Of a stretch of DNA of 64,000 nt, positions 56,770 to 64,000 are shown in pieces; the first letter of the stretch is position 1; every line of letters starts with the position of its first letter. The stretch is from Bacteroidales bacterium (GTDB lineage: Bacteria > Bacteroidota > Bacteroidia > Bacteroidales > JAAYJT01), in assembly GCA_049654165.1 (NCBI GenBank), contig JBASHR010000073.1, forward strand, positions 10,390 through 74,389, given 5' to 3'. The position numbers were made by a program, and so were the translations under genes. Below the pieces are notes generated by a model, which made no database searches, had not been told where the DNA came from, and saw only the letters and a program-made list of their open reading frames with translations.

Positions 56770-57825
56770 ATGAAAAAACATCGTCTTACATTAATAATAC
56801 TGGCAGTTTTGACTGCGATCGCAGTGTTTTTTATTATTTCCCGAACCAAGGGAACTTTTAAGCGTGAATTAAGTGAATTTGCTATTTATGATACCATAAG
56901 TGTAGTAAAGGTTTTTCTGGCTGATAAAAATGATAATACTATTTTATTGGAACGTCAGCCTGATGGTGGCTGGATAGTAAATGAAAAGTATGTAGCCCGG
57001 AAAGATATGGTAGACCTGTTACTTTCTACTTTGTTAAATATTAAAGTAAAGGCTCCGGTTCCAAAAGCTGCATTTAATACTGTAGTTGGTAATTTATCTG
57101 CTCGGTCTACTAAAGTTGAAGTTTATCAACGTAAATACTTCATTGATTTGTTTTATCGTATAAGATTGTTCCCACGAGTTAAGTTAACACGGGTATATTA
57201 TGTGGGGGATGTCACACCTGATAATATAGGTACACATATGATCCTTGAAAATTCCAATATGCCCTTCATTGTATATTGGCCTGGTTTCTGGGGATTTATA
57301 GCTTCGCGTTACAGTACAAAACTCACTGACTGGCGTGACCATACGGTCTTTAAACATAAATTTCTTCAGATTGATAATGTGGAGTTGTTTTTCCCGGCCA
57401 AACCAGAGCACTCTTTTCGTGTAGTGAATAATAAAAAGGGTTCTATGGATTTGATACCTTACGGTCAGACTTTGCCGGTTACGGAGTATGATACATTGAA
57501 AATGCTTGGATTTATTTCAGCTTTTGAAGATATTCGCTATGAAGCCCTTATTGATGATATGGATCAGAAAATAGTGGATTCCATTATTGCTTCACAACCT
57601 TTGCATATCATTACTTTGACCGATGTACAGGGCAACCGTAAACAGGTGAAAACATTTTACCGCCGTTCATATTATGATGAAAATGGACCCGAAAGACCTT
57701 CTGAGTTTGATACGGAGAGAATGTATGCACTCATTAATAACGATCAGGATTTTGTGTTAATTCAGTATCGCACTTTTAATCGTATCATACGCCCTTTAAA
57801 CTTTTTCTTGCCAAACAATAACTAA
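56770..57825 (+). CDS. DUF4340-like protein (membrane-anchored, commonly downstream of gldG)
   Basis: 351 aa with an N-terminal TM helix. The call rests on position and overall pattern only; no catalytic motifs were seen. Confidence 0.5.
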   Translation: MKKHRLTLIILAVLTAIAVFFIISRTKGTFKRELSEFAIYDTISVVKVFLADKNDNTILLERQPDGGWIVNEKYVARKDMVDLLLSTLLNIKVKAPVPKAAFNTVVGNLSARSTKVEVYQRKYFIDLFYRIRLFPRVKLTRVYYVGDVTPDNIGTHMILENSNMPFIVYWPGFWGFIASRYSTKLTDWRDHTVFKHKFLQIDNVELFFPAKPEHSFRVVNNKKGSMDLIPYGQTLPVTEYDTLKMLGFISAFEDIRYEALIDDMDQKIVDSIIASQPLHIITLTDVQGNRKQVKTFYRRSYYDENGPERPSEFDTERMYALINNDQDFVLIQYRTFNRIIRPLNFFLPNNN

Positions 57826-57869
57826 CTGACTCTTTTCTGACTCAAATCACTTTTTCAACATGATGTTTT

Positions 57870-58763
57870 ATGATTAGTGCTTATTATGGCGAATTAGCTG
57901 CACTACTGGTAGCTGTGTTCTGGACTGTTACAGCCCTGGCTTTTGAAGTGGCAACACGACAGATAGGATCAATGTCAGTGAATATTATTCGCTTGCTTTT
58001 TGGTTTTGTTTTCCTTTCGGTTTTTACCTATATCTCCCGTGGGTATTTTTTTCCAGTTGATGCTTCGGGTCATGCATGGTTATGGCTAAGTTTGTCAGGA
58101 CTTGTTGGCTTTGTTTTTGGCGATTATTTCCTATTTGCCAGTTATAGCCTGGTCAGTTCACGAATATCAATGCTTATCATGACTTTTGTCCCTCCTGTAA
58201 CGGCTTTGCTGGGATGGATTATTTTAGGCGAACGCATGATTTTACAGCATGTTTTTGCTATGATTATCATATTGGCAGGAATAGTATTAACTATATTTAG
58301 TCGTACAGATGAAAATAAAATCAAACTAAAATATCCATTTAAAGGAATATTATTTGCATTTATAGGAGTTCTCGGACAAGCCGTAGGATTAATTCTTAGT
58401 AAAGTTGGAATGGGCGACTACAATCCTTTTGCAAGTACTCAAATAAGGATAATTGCCGGAATTGCAGGCTTTGGTGCATTGATTATTTTAAGTGGAAGAA
58501 CCATGTCAGTTATTAATGCATTCAGGAATCCTGTTGCATTAAAAGCTTTAGGTATAGGTTCTTTTTTCGGACCTTTTCTGGGAGTGTCTTTCTCGCTTCT
58601 TGCCATTCAATACACTACAACCGGAATTGCCTCCACATTAATGTCTATTGTGCCTATACTTATTCTTGCGCCGGCAGCATATCTTTTTAAGCATAAACTT
58701 GGCTGGTATGATTTTATTGGAGCTATAATAAGTGTTGCGGGTGTAGTTATGTTTTTTGTGTAG
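57870..58763 (+). CDS. DMT-superfamily (EamA-like) transporter
   Basis: 297 aa, ten predicted TM helices arranged as two EamA repeats. Confidence 0.8.
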   Translation: MISAYYGELAALLVAVFWTVTALAFEVATRQIGSMSVNIIRLLFGFVFLSVFTYISRGYFFPVDASGHAWLWLSLSGLVGFVFGDYFLFASYSLVSSRISMLIMTFVPPVTALLGWIILGERMILQHVFAMIIILAGIVLTIFSRTDENKIKLKYPFKGILFAFIGVLGQAVGLILSKVGMGDYNPFASTQIRIIAGIAGFGALIILSGRTMSVINAFRNPVALKALGIGSFFGPFLGVSFSLLAIQYTTTGIASTLMSIVPILILAPAAYLFKHKLGWYDFIGAIISVAGVVMFFV

Positions 58764-58786
58764 AGCTTATTATCGCCTTAAAAAGA

Positions 58787-58815
58787 GCCATTTACATTGG
58801 TTTTCTGTAAATGGC
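58787..58815. terminator. Hairpin between the EamA gene and the tRNA cluster, probably a terminator for the minus-strand tRNA operon
   Basis: 10-bp stem GCCATTTACA/TGTAAATGGC. On the minus strand it is followed by TCTTTTT. Confidence 0.5.
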
Positions 58816-58827
58816 TTCATCAATTAG

Positions 58828-58902
58828 TCGGGGTAGTAGGATTCGAACCTACGACCCCCTGGTCCCAAACCAGGTGCGCTAGCCGGCCTGCGCTATACCC
58901 CG
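58828..58902 (-). tRNA. tRNA-Pro (anticodon TGG)
   Basis: Cloverleaf folded by hand: acceptor CGGGGTA/TACCCCG, anticodon stem CCTGG/CCAGG with loop TTTGGGA, T-arm GTAGG-TTCGAAT-CCTAC. Confidence 0.95.
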
Positions 58903-58924
58903 AAAAAAGAACGTATTCTTTAAG

Positions 58925-59011
58925 CGGTGAGGGAGGGATTCGAACCCTCGGTACCGTTTCCAGTACGACAGTTTAGCAAACTGTTGGTTTAAGCCGCTCA
59001 CCCACCTCACC
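58925..59011 (-). tRNA. tRNA-Ser (anticodon GCT), with a long variable arm
   Basis: Acceptor GGTGAGG/CCTCACC, anticodon stem ACAGT/ACTGT with loop TTGCTAA, long variable arm CGTACTGGAAACGGTAC, T-loop TTCGAAT, discriminator G. Confidence 0.95.
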
Positions 59012-59068
59012 TAAATATTTTTTCTAGCTTACTATTACTTCAGTAATAATTTTTCTATATACAAAAGA

Positions 59069-59124
59069 ACGACAGTTTAGTCCCGTACCTACGGGATTGG
59101 TTTAAGCCGCTCACCCACCTCACC
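59069..59124 (-). pseudogene. Rearranged tRNA-Ser fragment (acceptor 5' strand + D-arm, a foreign 16-nt hairpin, a piece of the anticodon loop/3' stem); no T-arm
   Basis: Minus strand: GGTGAGGTGGGTGAGCGGCTTAAACCAA-TCCCGTAGGTACGGGA-CTAAACTGTCGT. The first 28 nt and last 12 nt are identical to the intact tRNA-Ser. Confidence 0.6.
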
Positions 59125-59181
59125 TAAATATTTTTTCTGGCTTACTATTACATCAGTAATAATTTTTATATATACAAAAGA

Positions 59182-59237
59182 ACGACAGTTTAGTCCCGTA
59201 CCTACGGGATTGGTTTAAGCCGCTCACCCACCTCACC
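59182..59237 (-). pseudogene. Second rearranged tRNA-Ser fragment (same structure as 59069-59124)
   Basis: Identical in sequence to the first fragment, one 113-bp period upstream. Confidence 0.6.
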
Positions 59238-59347
59238 GAAATATTTAATTTCTTTCAACTTATAACTTCAGCTTATCAGCTTTCATATCATTTCATCAAA
59301 ACTCAAGAACAATCCCTGACTAAAAAAGCCATTATCAAAATGGGGTG

Positions 59348-59355
59348 CAAAAATA
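59348..59355 (-). promoter_or_regulatory. Putative -7 box (TATTTTTG on the minus strand) upstream of the tRNA-Ser repeat/tRNA-Ser/tRNA-Pro cluster
   Basis: The plus strand reads CAAAAATA, the reverse complement of TAnnTTTG. Confidence 0.3.
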
Positions 59356-59469
59356 CAAAAAACTTAATTATATCCAACTAATGGCATAAAAGATTAAAAA
59401 ATCAATTTGTGTTACATCATTGATTTTAATGATAATAACCCAATACTATTGCAATAGTTTGAATATCAG

Positions 59470-59542
59470 AGCGGAAAACGGGATTCGAACCCGCGACCCT
59501 CAGCTTGGGAAGCTGATGCTCTGCCAACTGAGCTACTTCCGC
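59470..59542 (-). tRNA. tRNA-Gly (anticodon CCC)
   Basis: Acceptor GCGGAAG/TTTCCGC (one G-U pair), anticodon stem TCAGC/GCTGA with loop TTCCCAA, T-arm GCGGG-TTCGAAT-CCCGT, discriminator T. Confidence 0.95.
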
Positions 59543-59662
59543 TTTTAATCATTTAAGTATAAATCCTGTGTCTTTAAGAATATTTTTTCAATGAACTATC
59601 CTTCAAAATGAGTGATTTACAATCAGCTTTAGTTATGAACTTGTCTTACTTTAAGAGCTTTT

Positions 59663-59670
59663 GTATTTTT
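59663..59670 (+). promoter_or_regulatory. Putative -7 box (TATTTTTG)
   Basis: Matches TAnnTTTG. It lies inside the track's TTG-extended ORF (59661), which supports the ATG at 59712 as the real start. Confidence 0.45.
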
Positions 59671-59711
59671 GCAGCAAAATTAAAAAAATAAACAAATTAA
59701 CACGATTATTT

Positions 59712-60560
59712 ATGCTTTTAATAGCCGATAGCGGGTCAACCAAAACAGATTGGAGATTTTTTGATAAAAAACTTAATGCCCATGATATTTCAACAATCGG
59801 GATGAATCCATATTTCGTCACCAGGAATGATATCCTGGATGTCCTTGAGAAAGACCTGTATCCTTATTTTGATAAAAATCAGATAAAAGAAGTGTATTTT
59901 TATGGTTCAGGTTGTACTCTTCAGGACAAGATTCTCGAAGTAGAAGGCGCACTTAAGGATTTCTTTACTGAGGCAGAAGTAGTTATCGAATCTGATCTGC
60001 TTGGCACTGCCAGAGCTGTTTCTGGTGATGAACCTGGTATAATTGGGATCCTGGGAACCGGCTCTAATAGTTGCCTTTATGATGGAAAAAATATTACCTC
60101 TCAGTTATTTTCACTTGGATATATTCTGGGTGATGAAGGGAGCGGTGCCGTATTGGGTCGAAAGATATTAAAAGCAGCTCTTTCAGGTAATATGCCTGAG
60201 GTTTTGTTTAATGATTTTAAGACTACATATCAGGAAACGCCTGATTCGATGCTGAATAATATTTACAGTAAGCCTTTTCCAAATCGTTTTCTTGCATCTT
60301 TTGCTCCATTTGCCATTAAGCATAAAAATAATGAATGGATGAGAGATTTATTAACCATGCATGTTAAGGAATTCTTCGATTCAATGGTTACAATTTACCC
60401 TGATTATCAAAAATATCCTCTTTGTCTGTCAGGATCAATAGCATATCATCTCCGGGATATTGTTGAAGGCATATGTGAGTTATATAAAATGCAGCTTGGC
60501 AACGTTATTAGACGTCCTATTGACGGGTTGGCTGAATATCATCTTCAGCGTAGGGCTTAA
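59712..60560 (+). CDS. BadF/BadG/BcrA/BcrD-type ATPase (N-acetylglucosamine kinase-like)
   Basis: N-terminus LLIADSGSTKTDW (ASKHA phosphate-1 motif), GILGTGSNS, GYILGDEGSG. Confidence 0.7.
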   Translation: MLLIADSGSTKTDWRFFDKKLNAHDISTIGMNPYFVTRNDILDVLEKDLYPYFDKNQIKEVYFYGSGCTLQDKILEVEGALKDFFTEAEVVIESDLLGTARAVSGDEPGIIGILGTGSNSCLYDGKNITSQLFSLGYILGDEGSGAVLGRKILKAALSGNMPEVLFNDFKTTYQETPDSMLNNIYSKPFPNRFLASFAPFAIKHKNNEWMRDLLTMHVKEFFDSMVTIYPDYQKYPLCLSGSIAYHLRDIVEGICELYKMQLGNVIRRPIDGLAEYHLQRRA

Positions 60561-61071
60561 AAACCAGTGCGGCAGAATTTATACAATATCGTTTCCCCGT
60601 GGGTTTTGGACCATCGTCAAAAACATGTCCTAAATGACCTCCACAATTTGAACACAGTACTTCGGTGCGTATCATACCAAATGAATAGTCGGGTTTGTAA
60701 TCAATTGCGTTCGCATTAACCGGCTCAAAATAACTTGGCCAACCGCAGCTTGAGTCGAATTTTGAGTCAGACATGAATAAAGCGGCATCGCAACCGGCAC
60801 AATGATATACACCTTTTTCGAAATGCTTATAGTATTCACCTGTAAAAGGCCTCTCAGTTCCTTTTTCACGAAGTACATTATATTGTAATGGAGTAAGCTT
60901 TTTCCGCCATTCGTCGTCACTTTTTAATATTGAATTTGTCATATTGTGTTGATTTGAAGTTTGTAGTGTTGTGTTGTAACAAGCAGTATTTGAGATTATT
61001 AGTGCAGCGATAGCTGAATAGATAATAAATCTGAAATATTTATTTTGTGTCATTATTTTCATGCTCCTCAT
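60517..61071 (-). CDS. msrB: Peptide-methionine (R)-S-oxide reductase MsrB with an export/lipoprotein-type signal
   Basis: 184 aa. Two CxxC zinc motifs (YHCAGCD, LCSNCGGHLGHVF), catalytic RYCINS, and a hydrophobic N-terminus ending NTAC. Confidence 0.9.
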   Translation of the reverse strand: MRSMKIMTQNKYFRFIIYSAIAALIISNTACYNTTLQTSNQHNMTNSILKSDDEWRKKLTPLQYNVLREKGTERPFTGEYYKHFEKGVYHCAGCDAALFMSDSKFDSSCGWPSYFEPVNANAIDYKPDYSFGMIRTEVLCSNCGGHLGHVFDDGPKPTGKRYCINSAALVFKPYAEDDIQPTRQ

Positions 61072-61136
61072 AAACTAATAGAATAACTATTCTTGTTATG
61101 ATAAGGTTCAAATGACAATGATTTTTTCTTTTTCAG

Positions 61137-61144
61137 TATGTTTG
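61137..61144 (+). promoter_or_regulatory. Putative -7 box (TATGTTTG) for the phosphosugar mutase gene
   Basis: Matches TAnnTTTG and ends 23 nt upstream of the ATG at 61168. Confidence 0.45.
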
Positions 61145-61167
61145 CAAAAAAATAAAAACATATAATC

Positions 61168-62904
61168 ATGAAGAATACAGATCCGGCAATTATCAGCAAG
61201 GCCAAGACCTGGCTAAGCGAACAGTTTGATGATGAAACCCGCAATAAGGTGCAATATCTTATTGATCATAATCAGGAAGAACTCACTGATTCTTTCTACA
61301 AAAACCTTGAATTTGGAACAGGTGGTTTACGAGGAATTATGGGTGTTGGAACCAACCGCATGAATAAATATACTGTGGGCATGGCCACTCAGGGTCTGGC
61401 TAATTATTTGAAAAAATCGTTTGATACAAAAGAGCTTAAAGCAGTCATTTCATACGATACACGCAATAACAGCAAATATTTTGCTCAAATCACAGCCGAG
61501 GTTTTATCTGCTAATGACTTCAAGGTTTATTTATTTGAAAATATTCATCCCACACCTGTATTATCATTTGCTATCAGGCATTTAGGTTGTCATACGGGAG
61601 TGATGGTAACTGCTTCGCACAATCCCAAGGAATACAATGGTTACAAGGTTTACTGGAACGATGGCGCGCAATTGGTTCCTCCACATGACATAAATGTTAT
61701 AGCGGAGGTTCAGAAAATCCAGTCTCCCGGAGAGGTTAATTTTGCAGCACGTCCGGAACTGATTCATTTGATTGGCGATGAAATTGATGCTGCATACATC
61801 GAAAAAGTGAAAGGTCTGTCGTTATCACCTGATGCTATTGAAAGACAGAAAGATTTTAAAATTGTATTTACTCCAATTCATGGCACAGCGGTTTATCTGG
61901 TTCCAAAATGCCTCAATAAATTTGGGTTTCGGAATGTTACTACAATAGAAGCTCAAAACGTTCCCGATGGTAATTTCCCTACTGTTAAATCGCCAAACCC
62001 GGAAGAACCTGAAGCACTTACTATGGCTTTAGAAAAAGCTGAAGAAATAAATGCTGATATTGTTCTTGCTACTGACCCTGATGCTGATAGAGTTGGTATT
62101 GCTGTGAAAGATAATCATGGAAAGTTTGTACTGTTAAACGGAAATCAGACAGCATCGGTTCTCATTTATTATCTGTTGCATAAATGGAATGAAAATAAAT
62201 TGTTTACTGGTAATGAATTCATTGTAAAAACTATTGTTACCAGTCAGCTATTAATTAAGATTGCTGAAAAATATGGTGTTGAGAGTTTTGATGTACTTAC
62301 CGGATTTAAATATATAGCCGAGATTATCCGTAATCTGGAAGGGAAAAAGAAATTTATAGGCGGGGGAGAAGAGAGTTACGGATACCTTGTCGGAGATTTT
62401 GTCCGCGATAAGGATGCAGTTTCCGCTTGCTGTATGATTGCTGAGGCTGCTGCCTGGGCTGCTGATCTTGGAAAATCGTTTTTTGAGGTTTTGGTGGATA
62501 TTTATGTTGAATTTGGCTTTTATAAGGAAAAACTTCTCTCGGTAACAAAGAAAGGTAAAGCCGGTGCTGAGGCTATAGCTGCAATGATGGATAAGTTCCG
62601 CAATGCACCTCCGGAAAAAATTTCTGATACTAAACTGGAGATAATAAAGGATTATCAGAAACAATTGGAAATTAATCATATTACCGGATTAACCAAACCT
62701 ATTGAATTGCCAAGATCAAATGTGCTTCAGTTTTTCCTCGCTGATGGAAGTAAGATCACTATAAGACCCTCAGGTACTGAACCTAAGATCAAGTTTTATT
62801 TTGGAATTAAAGGCGTTTTAGCTAAAGCATCTGATTTTGATTCGGTTGACAGCGAAATGGAAAAGAAAATAAGCCGTATCATTAATGATCTCTCAATAGA
62901 ATAG
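61168..62904 (+). CDS. Phosphoglucomutase/phosphomannomutase family phospho-sugar mutase (PgcA-like)
   Basis: 578 aa. Active-site TASHNPKEYNGYKVY, metal loop TDPDADRVG, sugar-binding GGEESYG. Confidence 0.85.
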   Translation: MKNTDPAIISKAKTWLSEQFDDETRNKVQYLIDHNQEELTDSFYKNLEFGTGGLRGIMGVGTNRMNKYTVGMATQGLANYLKKSFDTKELKAVISYDTRNNSKYFAQITAEVLSANDFKVYLFENIHPTPVLSFAIRHLGCHTGVMVTASHNPKEYNGYKVYWNDGAQLVPPHDINVIAEVQKIQSPGEVNFAARPELIHLIGDEIDAAYIEKVKGLSLSPDAIERQKDFKIVFTPIHGTAVYLVPKCLNKFGFRNVTTIEAQNVPDGNFPTVKSPNPEEPEALTMALEKAEEINADIVLATDPDADRVGIAVKDNHGKFVLLNGNQTASVLIYYLLHKWNENKLFTGNEFIVKTIVTSQLLIKIAEKYGVESFDVLTGFKYIAEIIRNLEGKKKFIGGGEESYGYLVGDFVRDKDAVSACCMIAEAAAWAADLGKSFFEVLVDIYVEFGFYKEKLLSVTKKGKAGAEAIAAMMDKFRNAPPEKISDTKLEIIKDYQKQLEINHITGLTKPIELPRSNVLQFFLADGSKITIRPSGTEPKIKFYFGIKGVLAKASDFDSVDSEMEKKISRIINDLSIE

Positions 62905-62923
62905 GACAAAGAATTATAAAGTT

Positions 62924-63829
62924 TCATAATTCCATGATCCACAGCCCTTTAAATACGTTAGTAAGCTGCTTTCGTGTTTTCTGAGCGTCTTCAAGTTTTG
63001 TATAATCGTAAACAGAAACTCTGTAATTATTTTCTTTAAGAATTACTTTAGCCTCATTGTAACCATTGGCTTTAAGGCGCTCTACCTCTTTATTTGCCTG
63101 AGCTTTTTCTTTAAAACTGCTCACAATCAAATAATATCTGACAGAATCCTGCAATTCGACCGGTTCGCTGGCTTCTTCCACATCTTCAGTTTGTTTGGCA
63201 GTTTCATCCAACAGCCATGTTGGTGAAATTCGGGTGGCGTTTGAACAAAGCTTAACGTCTCCATGAGGATCGGAAACTTCGCCAAACCAAACTGATGCAT
63301 AGCCTTCATAAAGCGCAACACCCATAGCTTTCCATTCTTTTTCTTCCCATCTTCCGCGGTTCAGAAACATATCGTTTGTAAGATCAAAATTACGCCACTG
63401 ATCAAATGCGCTAAGTGGTGTAGCCTGTACATTTTCCCATAAAATGAGCTCTTGCCCGTTGCCCTTGTATCCGGTTAATTCTCTGGGTTTATTCCACATA
63501 CAATTTGTACGGTTAGGATCTTTTGAGTAACAGCATGGGGTCCAGTCTCCTTTGTCAGACCACGAATGTAAATTACAATTCTGCAGATCAGGTCTGTTCT
63601 GATACAAATCACGGACATGAACATGAGCAACATAGGATAAAGAATTGGAAACAGGGATTATTTCCAGACCTACAGCCAGCCTGTATTCATTGATAAGCCT
63701 ATAAAGATGAATTTCGTCTGTAGTCATACAGAATTCTTCAGGTATTCTTTTATCGGGCTTACCACGTTGTGCAAGGCTCAACACAGGAATAGCCAAAATA
63801 ACAACTAAAACTATCAGTCCCTTCTTCAT
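62924..63829 (-). CDS. Secreted CAP/SCP (YkwD-like) domain protein with a C-terminal SPOR domain
   Basis: 301 aa. Signal peptide, INEYRLAVGLEIIP...AHVHVRD (CAP-like), and a C-terminal beta-alpha-beta-beta SPOR-like repeat (YYLIVSSFKEKAQANKEVERLKANGY...YRVSVYDY). Confidence 0.6.
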   Translation of the reverse strand: MKKGLIVLVVILAIPVLSLAQRGKPDKRIPEEFCMTTDEIHLYRLINEYRLAVGLEIIPVSNSLSYVAHVHVRDLYQNRPDLQNCNLHSWSDKGDWTPCCYSKDPNRTNCMWNKPRELTGYKGNGQELILWENVQATPLSAFDQWRNFDLTNDMFLNRGRWEEKEWKAMGVALYEGYASVWFGEVSDPHGDVKLCSNATRISPTWLLDETAKQTEDVEEASEPVELQDSVRYYLIVSSFKEKAQANKEVERLKANGYNEAKVILKENNYRVSVYDYTKLEDAQKTRKQLTNVFKGLWIMEL

Positions 63830-64000
63830 AAATAATTAATCTGTTTATTTATCCCGTATTCCAAATATTTATATTCTAAAAAACGATATTTATGCACTAT
63901 TGTTACTTACTGAATATCAGAGGTTACTAAATTAAACATTTTTATCACAATCTTCTTTATCAGCTCTTGTTTTTGAAAATTATTGTGAAATTCCGAACCT

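Larger units (their letters stand above)
58986..59246. repeat. 113-bp tandem direct repeat (2 full units plus a partial third) that starts inside the tRNA-Ser gene
   Basis: GGTTTAAGCCGCTCACCCACCTCACC recurs at 58986, 59099 and 59212. Units 58986-59098 and 59099-59211 differ at 3 positions. Confidence 0.9.

Noticed and set aside
58986-59246. Tandem repeat considered as a CRISPR array or minisatellite.
   Set aside because: The units are 113 bp and contiguous with no unique spacers. They derive from the adjacent tRNA-Ser gene, and no cas genes are present.
58764-59660. tRNA cluster considered as the boundary of an integrated mobile element or genomic island.
   Set aside because: There is no integrase, excisionase or phage/ICE gene on either side; the flanks are an EamA transporter and a sugar kinase. 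The duplicated segment is the 5' part of the tRNA, not the 3' part usually regenerated by integrases.
1-64000. Defence systems (restriction-modification, CBASS, retrons, Abi, CRISPR-Cas), transposases or prophage genes.
   Set aside because: No nuclease, methyltransferase, reverse transcriptase, integrase or transposase signatures were recognised in any of the ORF translations.

Overview
This window looks like a Bacteroidota chromosome segment. The evidence is repeated TAnnTTTG -7 promoter boxes, a T9SS C-terminal sorting domain, gldF/gldG and low GC content. Both flanks are ordinary housekeeping genes. On the left are secDF (3' end), a fused 2-oxoacid dehydrogenase E1, lepA, rluD and ilvA. 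On the right are pdxH, thrS-infC-rpmI-rplT, a hydE-like gene, rlmD, serC-serA-DUF1015, gldF-gldG, three tRNAs, msrB and a phosphosugar mutase. The centre (about 14.5-40.4 kb) is a roughly 26 kb polysaccharide biosynthesis island. About 24 tightly packed minus-strand genes include fnlA/B/C for UDP-L-FucNAc, a Wzx flippase, a Wzy-like polymerase, five or six glycosyltransferases and two phosphoglycosyl transferases. The island also carries a CapK-like adenylating enzyme, FemAB-like and GNAT acyltransferases and several NodB-like putative deacetylases. It ends in a small exosortase-like membrane protein that converges on a plus-strand FemAB-like + polysaccharide deacetylase pair. The most unusual items are: (1) the exosortase/FemAB/deacetylase triad with no visible sorting substrate; (2) a paralogous pair of uncharacterised NodB-motif proteins and an acyl-transfer module inside the island; (3) a 1372-aa dikinase-like protein that has the PPDK ATP-grasp and phosphohistidine domains, an unrecognised N-terminal region of about 880 aa, and no PEP/pyruvate domain; (4) a 113-bp tandem repeat carrying two rearranged tRNA-Ser 5' fragments upstream of the intact tRNA-Ser; (5) a promoter-to-terminator unit with a CU-rich core upstream of thrS, a candidate sRNA or leader. 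I saw no transposase, integrase, CRISPR array or recognisable defence genes. All functional calls come from reading motifs by eye; no database search was run.
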